UHGV virus genome: UHGV-1351068
Strand: one strand, 5' to 3'
Origin: a virus
Length of the DNA: 64,000 nt
Positions 37,214-45,998 of the stretch are shown here, piece by piece. A program made the translations under genes and the position numbers. The notes beneath the pieces are model-generated. The model saw only the letters and a list, made by a program, of their open reading frames with translations, had not been told where the DNA came from and searched no databases. Position 1 is the first letter of the stretch, and each line of letters starts with the position of its first letter.

Positions 37214-37235
37214 AAGGACTCCCGAAGGAGTCCTT
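37214..37235 (-). terminator. Rho-independent terminator after soc (aaggactc-ccgaa-ggagtcctt + TTTTAT on minus strand)
   Basis: 8-bp stem plus T run, immediately downstream of the soc stop. Confidence 0.55.
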
Positions 37236-37240
37236 AATTT

Positions 37241-37468
37241 TTATACTTCTTCATCAGCTTCAAACATTTTCGCATTGGTGGTTGCCCAAGTTGCAGCATC
37301 ATCAACTACTGTTGAATAAGCGGCTTTTTCGGATGGGAAAATCTGATACTGTGCATTAGCAATGCGATGTGAGTCAGAATATACCTTAAAAGCTACAGAT
37401 ACTTCAGTACCTTTAACCTCGCCATCAGCAGTTGTATGGTCAAAAGTTTTGATGTTTACGTAAGCCAT
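37241..37468 (-). CDS. soc: Soc small outer capsid protein
   Basis: 75 aa. YVNIKTF...VSVAFKVYSD.HRIANAQYQIFPSEKAAYSTV matches T4 Soc (YVNIKTF...ISVAFPLYSDVHKISGAHYQTFPSEKAAYSTV). Confidence 0.88.
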   Translation of the reverse strand: MAYVNIKTFDHTTADGEVKGTEVSVAFKVYSDSHRIANAQYQIFPSEKAAYSTVVDDAATWATTNAKMFEADEEV

Positions 37469-37496
37469 TTTAATCTCCTATTTAGTTTTACAGGAG

Positions 37497-37504
37497 TATT
37501 TATA
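37497..37504 (-). promoter_or_regulatory. Late promoter TATAAATA (minus strand) upstream of soc
   Basis: tatttata on the plus strand is TATAAATA on the minus strand, about 28 nt upstream of the soc ATG. Soc is a late gene in T4. Confidence 0.55.
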
Positions 37505-37636
37505 TAGCTGCTGTAAGCGCCTTTAATATTTCTTTATCAATTTCTCGAGTGATTTCTTCTCGAAGGGCCAATACTAAGGCCCTTTCTTTTTGTTTTCTGA
37601 TAATTTTTAAACGACGCTTAGATATTCTTTTAGCCA

Positions 37637-38158
37637 TCAGTAACCACTGTCTTGACGTTCAAAATTATGTTTGTTTTTCAGATAATACAGTTTAAAGATT
37701 TCTTCTGCATCTAATCCAAGAGCCATGAACATATTCAGAACAAAGTGCAGGATATCAATCATTTCAAACTTGATTTCAAGCTGGTCTTTATCAGACAGGT
37801 CTTTGATATAAGTTTCCTGCATCTTGACATGGTCAGCTTTCCATGGTTTCCACACAGCGCTAGCTGCCTTTTCACCATTACTCATACCGCCGAGAGAAGT
37901 CAGCAGTTCACGGAATTCGTCATCAATGTAATCTTTTTGATTACGCAGCCACTGCACGATATCACCGGCTTGAGCTAATTCGTCAGGATGCATGTTAGTG
38001 CCAGGCTTATCGTTTGCTAGACGAACCTGAAGAGATTTTTGCATATCAAGCATTACTTGCAGAGGGTCACCACCAACTTTGCGTACGATACCTGCGTATC
38101 GAGCTTCAGCTTTATCTGCACCAGCGATCAGTTGACTACATTCGTTAAAGTGTGCCAT
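37637..38158 (-). CDS. 56: gp56 dCTPase/dUTPase (MazG-like dCTP pyrophosphatase)
   Basis: 173 aa (T4 171). MAHFNEC..LI.G.DKA...DPLQVMLDMQ..LQ.RLAN...ELA.AGD.V.W.R.QKD.IDDEFRELLTSLG.MS.GEK.ASAVWK.WKA...FHFVLNMF..LG..AEEIFKLYYLKNK.NF.RQD.GY matches T4 gp56. Confidence 0.93.
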   Translation of the reverse strand: MAHFNECSQLIAGADKAEARYAGIVRKVGGDPLQVMLDMQKSLQVRLANDKPGTNMHPDELAQAGDIVQWLRNQKDYIDDEFRELLTSLGGMSNGEKAASAVWKPWKADHVKMQETYIKDLSDKDQLEIKFEMIDILHFVLNMFMALGLDAEEIFKLYYLKNKHNFERQDSGY

Positions 38159-38224
38159 TATTTTATTCCTTTCAATTAAATTAGATAAATATTATATCAC
38201 TTAACATAAATAGCAGGAGGATTC

Positions 38225-38416
38225 ATGTCTGAAGTGAAACGAGAATGTAAAGACAAAGGAGGATTTGGAAGATATCTTTACATCGGAATCGCCACTGCTG
38301 CTTTAGCTGCATGGAATTATGTGGTAGTTCCATTAGCTAGCACACACGGGCTAGTTCTTCCTCCAATGCCGTTAGAAAAAGTTGTGTCGTTTATTATGAC
38401 TGGAGGATTGCTTTAA
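38225..38416 (+). CDS. small hypothetical membrane protein (63 aa) on the plus strand, convergent with flanking genes
   Basis: Strong SD AGGAGG 6 nt before the ATG. Followed by the bidirectional hairpin 38421-38436. Hydrophobic core IGIATAALAAWNYVVVPLA. Confidence 0.45.
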   Translation: MSEVKRECKDKGGFGRYLYIGIATAALAAWNYVVVPLASTHGLVLPPMPLEKVVSFIMTGGLL

Positions 38417-38420
38417 TTTA

Positions 38421-38436
38421 AGGGGCTTTGGCCCCT
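38421..38436. terminator. Bidirectional GC hairpin (aggggc-tttg-gcccct) between convergent genes
   Basis: Perfect 6-bp stem. Confidence 0.45.
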
Positions 38437-39460
38437 ATATCTTCGCATATTTGTCAAGACGTAATTTAGCCATTAAACCTTGCGATATATTTTGATTAAT
38501 ATAATCCGTTATTTCAGAAGCAGTTGCCCCCTCTTTCATAATCATATCATTTATATCTTTGCTTTTCCAAGGCGACTTATCCCAGAAAACTACCTTTTCA
38601 CCAGCATCTACTAAACGTTTCATACGCTTAATTGTATCAGGATGACGAGGTTCATGGTCCATAATCCATGCTCGGTTATCATGACATGGAACTTGAGCTA
38701 AATCTAAAGACCCGCCAGTGATTGCAATAGCGTTATCAATGAACAACGAATCTATTGGTCCTTCCATGACGAATACGAGTTTTGACTCATCAATGGTGTC
38801 GAGACCATAAATTTTGGTCGCGTGTTCATGGGCTTTGATTGTGATGTATTTTTGTGGAGCATTCTTTCGTAGTGCTCGTCCTTGAAACGACTCAATCTCT
38901 CCTTTCTTGTTGAAGATAGGAATAACCAAACGTGGTTCGTTCGTCTCATTCTTATAGGTTCCTGGATTAACGGAGTTAACAAGAGAAGGCCATTGGTTAG
39001 TAAACCATAACCTTTTCCAAGAAGTGCTTGGAATACATCTGGCAGTCACGTATTTAACTATCGGATGTTCCTTCGGAAGTCTATCTAATCGCTCACAGAA
39101 ATTAAGTTTTTCTATTACGGGGAGTTTTGCATTAATTTTCTCAGACGGTTCTACAGCCTTTGGCTTATCAAAGACTTGTTCCTTTCTTTTCTCAAGAAGA
39201 TACTCTCGATAGAGATCGGGTTCATTATCTTTAAGATATTGTGATAGCCACTTATTATACTCACAGTTGAAGCAATGGCAGCGTAATCCTTGACCCGCAT
39301 CAAAAATCCAGAATCGTGCTTTATTGATATCTTTCTGTGAGTCACCACAAATTGGGCAACGGCAGTTTAACTTGAATGTTGAAGATGTAGTAACGTGTCT
39401 AAATTTAGGTAGGTGAGATATTGCGCGGATAGCGAATTCGTTATCAACCCAGCTTGACAT
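38435..39460 (-). CDS. 61: gp61 DNA primase
   Basis: 341 aa (T4 342). Zinc ribbon ...FKLNCRCPICGDS..D.NKARFWIF...CHCFNC... and EPDLYREYL match T4 gp61. Confidence 0.92.
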   Translation of the reverse strand: MSSWVDNEFAIRAISHLPKFRHVTTSSTFKLNCRCPICGDSQKDINKARFWIFDAGQGLRCHCFNCEYNKWLSQYLKDNEPDLYREYLLEKRKEQVFDKPKAVEPSEKINAKLPVIEKLNFCERLDRLPKEHPIVKYVTARCIPSTSWKRLWFTNQWPSLVNSVNPGTYKNETNEPRLVIPIFNKKGEIESFQGRALRKNAPQKYITIKAHEHATKIYGLDTIDESKLVFVMEGPIDSLFIDNAIAITGGSLDLAQVPCHDNRAWIMDHEPRHPDTIKRMKRLVDAGEKVVFWDKSPWKSKDINDMIMKEGATASEITDYINQNISQGLMAKLRLDKYAKI

Positions 39461-40095
39461 TATGCTCTCCTGAAATGGTCTATAATTTTTTGATATACTA
39501 TATCAGGATATCCATTAGCAACCGATATTCTTCTAAATTTTACATATCCTGGCATTCCTGAATCAATCCAGAGCTTCTTCAATTCGTCATAGTATTTCCA
39601 CTGTGGTCCACGCTTAATAGATGACATCAGTGCAGATATTTCAGGTCTTTTCTTCCCATACATTGAATTTCCTTCACCACTACGTTTTAACGACCACATT
39701 TCCTTGTTTTCATTGGAGTGATGTTTACCATAAAACGGATTTCCTTTGCCAGTCCTAGCTTCCGATTGGGATTTAGAATATTCAGTCCTTACCCAAGAAT
39801 ACATTTTATTATTTCGTATGGTGTACTTCGCATTAATTGTCATGTTTCTAGCTGCTAAAACTAGAGAATGGTAAAATCTTTTGTTGGGGTGATTTTTATA
39901 TATTTTGATGAGAAGTTGGTGCGCCAAATAGTGTTCTGCCGCGGTAAGTAATACCTTGTTATCGTCTGTATTAATTCCTCCAATACAGCTTGGAATTATA
40001 TGATGGTATTCTGTGTATGCATCAATACTTGATTTATCTAATCCTCTTAGCTTAGATTTAGAAATCAAATTATCATATATTTTTTGATAATTCAT
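39460..40095 (-). CDS. Freestanding HNH homing endonuclease with NUMOD3-like DNA-binding repeats (mob-like)
   Basis: 211 aa. HNH core EYHHIIPSCIGGINTDDNKVLLTAAEHYLAH. Repeats GKGNPFYGKHHSNENKEMWS / GEGNSMYGKKRPE typical of phage Mob/I-HmuI-like enzymes. TAATG overlap with the primase start. Confidence 0.85.
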   Translation of the reverse strand: MNYQKIYDNLISKSKLRGLDKSSIDAYTEYHHIIPSCIGGINTDDNKVLLTAAEHYLAHQLLIKIYKNHPNKRFYHSLVLAARNMTINAKYTIRNNKMYSWVRTEYSKSQSEARTGKGNPFYGKHHSNENKEMWSLKRSGEGNSMYGKKRPEISALMSSIKRGPQWKYYDELKKLWIDSGMPGYVKFRRISVANGYPDIVYQKIIDHFRRA

Positions 40096-40314
40096 ATTAT
40101 ATTCCTCTGGCCTTAAACTAATAAGGCCATTGTATCACGTTTCAGGTTTTGATTTATCTCGCTTTTTCTTTGGGAGAGTTTCTGGGCCTTTATTTACTAC
40201 TGCGCCCGAAGTAGTGCCTGATGCAATGTTCTGAGGATTACCGCCGGTATCGCCAGCAACCATTTCCTCATTAAGTTTAACAAACTCTTTAAATGTTTTC
40301 ATAGAGCCTCCAAA

Positions 40315-40533
40315 CTATTTATTATTTCCACCATCAATACGAATACACTTGTACGTAGTGTAGACTGATGGTGAACCGAACCCGGAATCGGCTTTGATGC
40401 CAGTAAATTGTTTTCCCGCATCTTCACATTTCTGAGCCAGAGAAGACTCGTTCATTCCTGTGAATGATAACTTTTCAGTAGAAACACCGCCGGCACCAGT
40501 CATTATAGCAATTACTAATACGTATGTAATCAT
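40315..40533 (-). CDS. small secreted hypothetical protein (72 aa; 61.2 position)
   Basis: N-terminal hydrophobic signal MITYVLVIAIMTGAGG. ATGA coupling to sp. Confidence 0.4.
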   Translation of the reverse strand: MITYVLVIAIMTGAGGVSTEKLSFTGMNESSLAQKCEDAGKQFTGIKADSGFGSPSVYTTYKCIRIDGGNNK

Positions 40534-40823
40534 CCGAGAATCCAGCTTGCAATTGTGAAGTTATCAAAATTAGCATCGCAGTACAGAGCATAGTTCAGTT
40601 TAATTGCTGCGCCATCATTGGAGATTTCTGCCTGAACTTCTTTCATCTTGCTTGGGTCAGTGTTCTCGACGATATGGTCTACGTCAGCACGAATCTGTTC
40701 AACAACTTCGCTTTCATCAGCAGTCATTGACCACTCACAGAGGTCTTTATCATAGTTCGCTAGCGCCGGAACGGCTGAGCAGGATGATACTGCGAAGATT
40801 AAAGCAAGTGCAATCTTTTTCAT
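40530..40823 (-). CDS. sp: Spackle (Sp) periplasmic superinfection-exclusion / lysozyme inhibitor
   Basis: 97 aa, identical length to T4 Sp. MKK..........SC.A.PA.A.YDKDLCEWSMTAD..EV..QI.AD......YN..LYCD.NF.N matches T4 Sp. Confidence 0.8.
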   Translation of the reverse strand: MKKIALALIFAVSSCSAVPALANYDKDLCEWSMTADESEVVEQIRADVDHIVENTDPSKMKEVQAEISNDGAAIKLNYALYCDANFDNFTIASWILG

Positions 40824-40852
40824 TTCGGTTTCCTCAATTTGTTTCAGTAAGG

Positions 40853-40884
40853 CTATAGTAACATGGCCAAACTTAAAAGTAAAC
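40853..40884 (-). promoter_or_regulatory. Early promoter for sp
   Basis: Repeated family member. Confidence 0.45.
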
Positions 40885-41117
40885 TATCTTTTGAATAATT
40901 TTTCGAGGACTTCGTCGGATGTCAAATTCTTGGTTGGAAGGTATATCGCAGAGTTAACCCAGATACCTTCGTCATTATATGCCTTAACTTCACCATAGTC
41001 ATATGAAGATAAATCTGCTTTGTTGTAAGCTATGACTCCACGATGGACGCTATCAGACGCCGTCACCACAAAGGAGCGACCTGATTGGTCGCGAATTACG
41101 CTAAACACAAAAATCAT
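40884..41117 (-). CDS. hypothetical protein (77 aa; 61.4/dmd position next to gene 41)
   Basis: ATG start. Position equivalent to T4 61.4/61.5 (dmd). Sequence identity not verified. Confidence 0.4.
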   Translation of the reverse strand: MIFVFSVIRDQSGRSFVVTASDSVHRGVIAYNKADLSSYDYGEVKAYNDEGIWVNSAIYLPTKNLTSDEVLEKLFKR

Positions 41118-41127
41118 AAAATTTACC

Positions 41128-42567
41128 CTAGAATTTCAACTCTTCTGCTAGAGCATCAAGCTTAGAACGTGATACTCGTTCTTGACGATTAGATTCGGCT
41201 ACACGGTTCTGTGCACCGGCACCTTCTCGGACGGTATTGCTTGGATTAGGCTTAGTTGGGTCGTTTTGCTGCTCAATTTCTACCCAACGCTGATTAGCCT
41301 TATGTACACCCATAGAGAACTTATTGTTGATGTTCTTATCACCGTAACGTGATTTAATCTGCTTAATTAATTGCTGCTTCATCTGAGCAAGTTCAGGGGT
41401 TTCAATCACAGCCAGCATAAAGTCTGCCGTAGCAGGTAGACCCGCAGATTCTGCAATATCACTCATGTCCATATCAGAAGCATCCCACGCTGAACGACCT
41501 ACCTGAGCTGCGGTCCAAAGAACAGTTTCAGATTCTACAGCCAATGCACGAAGTTCTTCTGCAATAGCTTTAACTAACGTGTAACTGTTTTCAGTATATT
41601 GACGAATACGGCAAGAAGCACAAATACCAAGATAGTCAATGATGATAACAGTCGGTTTAAAGTTCTTCTTGAGTTTCAACTCATTCAGAAGAGCTCGGAA
41701 TGTATTAGCGTTAGCGCCACCAGTCGGATACTGTTTAATGATTAAACGACCAAGAGTACTAGAACTACGCCATTTTTCCATCTTGCCTTTATATTCAGCG
41801 TATGATACACATCCATCGTCAATATCATCAAGTGATACATCAAGCAAGTTAGCATCAATACGTTTAGCGCAAACTTCTTCGGCCATTTCCATGGAAATAT
41901 AAAGGACGTTATGCCCCATCTGAAGATAGTCTGCAGCCAATGAACATAATCCTAATGATTTACCAACGTTGACGCCAGCCATCAATACGTTCAGTGTACC
42001 AGTCTCGGCACCACCTTTAGTAATTTTGTTCAGAATGCTAAGTTTAAACGGAACTTTACGAGCTTTATTCTGGTATGATAACCAACGAGCTTCATAATCT
42101 TCCATCCAATCATGGCCAATATAGCTATCAAACGATACTGATAACGCTTCACGCATGATATCAGGAATAGCCCCAATATCAGGAAGACGCTTATCGCGTT
42201 TATTTGGCTCAAGCTGGGCATTAGTCTGAATTTCAATAATTCGAGACGTTGCGTTGTACATAGCCTTTTCTTGAACGTACTTCTCTGTTTCCTTAACTAA
42301 CCAATTCAAATCTTCAGGAGCATCAGATAACTTATCAATAAGTTTCTTTGCACCTTCATGTTCCGTTTCAGTTATAGACGAATTATCCAGTGCTACACAT
42401 AACGCAGTCTTTGAAGGAATTGCTGTGTATTCATTAACGTGTTTCTTAATTATGTTAAACACCGTCTGAGCAGGTCCTTGCTCGAAGTACTCTTTGTCCA
42501 TATATGGCCAAACCTTCGTAAAGAAAGCCTGGTTGTAAATCAGATTAGCTAAGATTGTTTCTACCAC
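41128..42567 (-). CDS. 41: gp41 replicative DNA helicase (DnaB-like) with GTG start
   Basis: 479 aa (T4 475). MVE.IL..LI..QA.F.KVWPYMD.EYFE.GPA...F..IK.HVNEY...PS..AL.VAL.NSS.TE ... NVLMAGVNVGKSLGLCSLAADYLQ.GHNVLYISMEMAEEVCAKRIDAN.LDVSLDDIDDG near-identical to T4 gp41. Conserved N-terminus begins at a GTG codon with no upstream in-frame ATG. Confidence 0.93.
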   Translation of the reverse strand: MVETILANLIYNQAFFTKVWPYMDKEYFEQGPAQTVFNIIKKHVNEYTAIPSKTALCVALDNSSITETEHEGAKKLIDKLSDAPEDLNWLVKETEKYVQEKAMYNATSRIIEIQTNAQLEPNKRDKRLPDIGAIPDIMREALSVSFDSYIGHDWMEDYEARWLSYQNKARKVPFKLSILNKITKGGAETGTLNVLMAGVNVGKSLGLCSLAADYLQMGHNVLYISMEMAEEVCAKRIDANLLDVSLDDIDDGCVSYAEYKGKMEKWRSSSTLGRLIIKQYPTGGANANTFRALLNELKLKKNFKPTVIIIDYLGICASCRIRQYTENSYTLVKAIAEELRALAVESETVLWTAAQVGRSAWDASDMDMSDIAESAGLPATADFMLAVIETPELAQMKQQLIKQIKSRYGDKNINNKFSMGVHKANQRWVEIEQQNDPTKPNPSNTVREGAGAQNRVAESNRQERVSRSKLDALAEELKF

Positions 42568-42576
42568 TTTAACCTC

Positions 42577-42927
42577 TTAAAAGATTTTCCATAATGATTT
42601 TTTCTTGGTCTTTAATGCACTCTGGATTTGTTGTTTAACACAAGCTTCCACATGAGGATAAAGTTCATCCTTATGAGCTTCAGATGGTGTACTGAACTCA
42701 ATAGTTACTTCCCCCGAAGGAGAAATATTTAATTTATGAACATAAACCAAGTGTGATTGACCATTTAATTTTATCACAATTTCTTGGATAACAGTCTTCA
42801 TAGCTTCTTGGATTATTTCATGGCTTTTCTTGAACACTCGTTCTTGACGCTCGAAGTCTCCCTCTTCCGAGGGAGATTCTTGTTCAAATTTCTCGAGTTC
42901 AGATTCTAAATCAAACTCAGTCTTCAT
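42577..42927 (-). CDS. 40: gp40 head vertex assembly chaperone (by position and size)
   Basis: 116 aa (T4 114). Between uvsX and 41. Overlaps the uvsX end. Confidence 0.55.
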   Translation of the reverse strand: MKTEFDLESELEKFEQESPSEEGDFERQERVFKKSHEIIQEAMKTVIQEIVIKLNGQSHLVYVHKLNISPSGEVTIEFSTPSEAHKDELYPHVEACVKQQIQSALKTKKKSLWKIF

Positions 42928-44092
42928 TCATGAAGTTCTCTAATTCATCTTCAACTTCAGCAGCTGATACTGAACCACTCTCAGGAAGTTTAACACCATC
43001 AACCTTAGTTGAAACTTTTGAGTTAATCATTTCTGCTACCGCTTCATCAACCGCAGCGTTTGAATCAATAGCACCCAACTGATACCGGGCTTTGATAGCG
43101 TCACGGAATGGCTCATGCTTAAACAGAGGACCCCAAAATTCCGTACTGCTCGTATCTTTTGCCCGCCAGGATTTTTCTTCACGAATCATCTCACCGGTTT
43201 CAACATCCAGGAATTCTCGTGCATACCATCCATTTTTCGGTTTAACCACAAACCCGATATCTAGAGCCATATCAAGCAGACCACTATATGGATCGATACC
43301 ACCATCGAATTTAACATCGATGAAGAACTTACTTTTCTCTTTGACAGTACGCGATTTCTCAGCGTTCAGGACAAACTGATATCCCTCAAGCTCAGAACCA
43401 TCTTTAATTTGACGTTTACCGATGATGAACACAGTATCCGCAGAATACATAGGACCTGTACCACCAGTCATTACCGTCTTACTGAACATCTCGATAGTCT
43501 CGATTGTGTGGTTAACCGCGACACAAGGAATGTTCTTAATAGAGAAGTAAGGAGTTACGATACGGAAGAGCGACTTCAGACTTTTCGCACGAGTCATATC
43601 TGCAACAGATTTCTCGTTCAAAGCATCTTCGGTTTCCTTTTTAGACGCCATGTTACCAATAGAGTCGATAAACACGATGACTTTTTCACCACGCTCAATA
43701 GCTTCAAGCTGGTTAACCATATCGATTTTTAATTGTTCAACCGACTGAACCGGTGTATGAATTACACGGTCAGGGTCAACACCCATAGATTTCAGATAAG
43801 CTGGAGTGATACCAAATTCTGAATCATAGAACAAGCAGACCGCATCAGGATACTTATTAAGATAAGCACTAACCATTGTCAGAGACATGTTAGATTTGAA
43901 GTGTTTAGATGGACCTGCGAAGATAGTCAACCCGGACTGCATACCACCATCCAACGCTCCACTGATTGCGATATTAAGCATCGGAATTTTGGTTCTAACT
44001 ACATCTTTCTCGTTAAAGAATTTTGATTTAGTCAGTTCTGCTGTCATTTTAGAAGTGGATGCTTTAATCAGGCGAGATTTTAAGTCAGACAT
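42917..44092 (-). CDS. uvsX: UvsX RecA-like recombinase
   Basis: 391 aa, identical length to T4 UvsX. MSDLKSRL.KAS.S..TAEL..SKFFNEKDV.RT.IPM.N.A.SG...GGMQSGL...AGPSKHFKS. Confidence 0.93.
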   Translation of the reverse strand: MSDLKSRLIKASTSKMTAELTKSKFFNEKDVVRTKIPMLNIAISGALDGGMQSGLTIFAGPSKHFKSNMSLTMVSAYLNKYPDAVCLFYDSEFGITPAYLKSMGVDPDRVIHTPVQSVEQLKIDMVNQLEAIERGEKVIVFIDSIGNMASKKETEDALNEKSVADMTRAKSLKSLFRIVTPYFSIKNIPCVAVNHTIETIEMFSKTVMTGGTGPMYSADTVFIIGKRQIKDGSELEGYQFVLNAEKSRTVKEKSKFFIDVKFDGGIDPYSGLLDMALDIGFVVKPKNGWYAREFLDVETGEMIREEKSWRAKDTSSTEFWGPLFKHEPFRDAIKARYQLGAIDSNAAVDEAVAEMINSKVSTKVDGVKLPESGSVSAAEVEDELENFMNED

Positions 44093-44174
44093 TCATTATA
44101 TTCCATAAGTCTCCATTATATTTTTCTCACAGGTTAAAGGATAGAGTAATTATATTACTTTGTTCTTGAAGCTA

Positions 44175-44426
44175 TTAACAGAAGTTCCATTTCTTCTTGG
44201 TGTTATAAACCACTGTTTCCATATCTATTTCGTAGTGTATTTTACATCCAACACACATGCCGTGCCACCAACAATGCATTCCATCTGAGCTAGTAGTTCC
44301 TTCGTGAACAAACTCGTCAGATTTACACACGAAGCATCTGAATTCTTCAGCTTTGAAAATGTTACCAGCTACGTCAGATTTATCATAGATGTTCATAAGA
44401 GGTCCTTGGAGGGCTTTCGCCCTCAA
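44175..44426 (-). CDS. Cys/His-rich small protein (83 aa), putative zinc-binding
   Basis: CFVCKS...HCWWHGMCVGCKIH pattern. ATGA coupling with the glycosyltransferase gene. Confidence 0.4.
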   Translation of the reverse strand: MRAKALQGPLMNIYDKSDVAGNIFKAEEFRCFVCKSDEFVHEGTTSSDGMHCWWHGMCVGCKIHYEIDMETVVYNTKKKWNFC

Positions 44427-45265
44427 AGATATGGTTCTACCTTACCAAACTCATGGAAGGCCTGAGATTTCACTCGAGTGTTAATACACATACGAATTGA
44501 TTTCAGAGGTTCGTTATCACCGAATAAACCACGTCTTTCACCGTCTTTAGATTTCCAACGGGCTTGATTTGGGAAAGCAGCATGCAGCTGTTCAAGGGCT
44601 CTATTCTGGCGAGCAGTATCACGCTGTGTAGAACAACCACCAGGTGACTGCACCTTACCAGATTTAACGAGGTACTTAAACAGAGCCAGATGAGGATGAC
44701 CCATGTTAATTAATTTTAGAAAAGCATAAGCATCTTCGTTAAGGTCAATAATTCCGTAGCCAATGTCTTCTGCGGTAAGTTTAGTCAAATCATAGAAAGT
44801 ATTGGTGAACCCAAAGCTATTCTCACGATAATGACCCCAGCTTGATGTGATTTTGAAAATCGGTAAGCGAGCATGACCGTGATAATAACCACAATCCATG
44901 GCAGTCTCGACGTATTTGACCATATCATCAAATACCTCTTGACTCATTGCCTCGCCGACACCAAGTGGAACCCGGCGATCGTCGCGTTCACGAATTTCAG
45001 TCAGATGAATGGTCGTATCATCATCAAGCATCCAAATTCGTTGCCCTGCATACATTTCAGTAATCAGACGGCGAGTTCCCGCAATTCCATCGACATCATC
45101 GGGGACAGTAACGATTTTAGCAGCATGACCGTGCCAAGTTTCGTATGCTTCTTTTTCTGATTCACGTACTACAAGATGTGGAACATAACCTTCAGGAAAC
45201 ATAGTCAGGGCAGTAACTGCCCCGGCGCGCTTATAACTTGGAATTACAAACTGAATCATTTCCAT
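44423..45265 (-). CDS. GT-A fold (DxD) glycosyltransferase in the beta-gt map position; candidate beta-glucosyl-HMC-alpha-glucosyltransferase (T2/T6 ba-gt type) or other hmC-sugar transferase
   Basis: 280 aa. N-terminal VIPSYKR (GT2-like nucleotide-sugar binding start) and IWMLDDDTTIH (DxD motif). Not similar to T4 beta-gt (351 aa, GT-B). Located between uvsX and gene 42. Confidence 0.6.
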   Translation of the reverse strand: MEMIQFVIPSYKRAGAVTALTMFPEGYVPHLVVRESEKEAYETWHGHAAKIVTVPDDVDGIAGTRRLITEMYAGQRIWMLDDDTTIHLTEIRERDDRRVPLGVGEAMSQEVFDDMVKYVETAMDCGYYHGHARLPIFKITSSWGHYRENSFGFTNTFYDLTKLTAEDIGYGIIDLNEDAYAFLKLINMGHPHLALFKYLVKSGKVQSPGGCSTQRDTARQNRALEQLHAAFPNQARWKSKDGERRGLFGDNEPLKSIRMCINTRVKSQAFHEFGKVEPYL

Positions 45266-45990
45266 TCACCTTTATAGTCTTTCTTTGCGATGTGAGTTTC
45301 ACCCGTGTGAGCATAATTATCTACGAGATAGAAATGTCGAGAATATACGTGCAAAGACCCGACGTTCCAAATAATGTCACCAACTGAATAATTTTTACCT
45401 GATGCATTCAGAAGTTTGGTTAACTGTTCCAAAACATAGAGCTGCCATGCATAGTCATTACGATATCCAAAGACGACATCATTCGAACGCATGTTTACCA
45501 CAGCATGCACACGATTATCACGAATCAGATACTGAACATTGTTAGTACACATGAAATCACTCATGCCATCGCGCTCAAAATCATACTGCATTTGAGGTCG
45601 TGTATAAATCATAATTCCGCGGCGAGAATCAGGATTATTGATAAGTTCTTTCGCACAGTTAGCAAACTGTGAATAGTTTTGTGTTGACCAAACTGCCCAG
45701 CCATAGTTAGAATTAATCTCGCCGTGTTTGGATGCAATTGCTTTCCAAATAGCTGGGGTTTCACCCGGAATATCTTTAACGAATAAACTTTGAGATTTAT
45801 ACCACTCAAGTTCACGAGCAATGTATCCATCATTAACTGCGCCAAAAATTAGGTTTTCATCTGCAATAAATGATGCACCTACGATTTCAATAGTCTTCAC
45901 ACCCGTCTTATCAATCACAAATTCTTTGTTGAGCAAAGCATCAGCGAATTCTTGACGGATATCTTGTACTGTCATTGGAGTTACAATCAT
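45256..45990 (-). CDS. 42: gp42 dCMP hydroxymethylase
   Basis: 244 aa (T4 246). ...F.DKTGVKTIEI.GASF.ADE..IFGA.ND.YI.RELEWYKS.SLFVKDIPGETP.IW...AS..GEINSNYGWA.WS..NY.Q...C..EL..NPDSRRGIMIYTRP.MQ.D...DGMSDFMCTN.VQYLIRD....AVVNMRSNDVVFG.RNDYAWQ.YVL near-identical to T4 gp42. Confidence 0.94.
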   Translation of the reverse strand: MIVTPMTVQDIRQEFADALLNKEFVIDKTGVKTIEIVGASFIADENLIFGAVNDGYIARELEWYKSQSLFVKDIPGETPAIWKAIASKHGEINSNYGWAVWSTQNYSQFANCAKELINNPDSRRGIMIYTRPQMQYDFERDGMSDFMCTNNVQYLIRDNRVHAVVNMRSNDVVFGYRNDYAWQLYVLEQLTKLLNASGKNYSVGDIIWNVGSLHVYSRHFYLVDNYAHTGETHIAKKDYKGEWK

Positions 45991-45998
45991 GAGACCTC

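Noticed and set aside
44409-44424. GC hairpin gagggc-tttc-gccctc
   Set aside because: It lies inside the overlap of two coding regions (44175-44426 and 44423-45265) with no T run. Probably fortuitous or an mRNA structure rather than a terminator.
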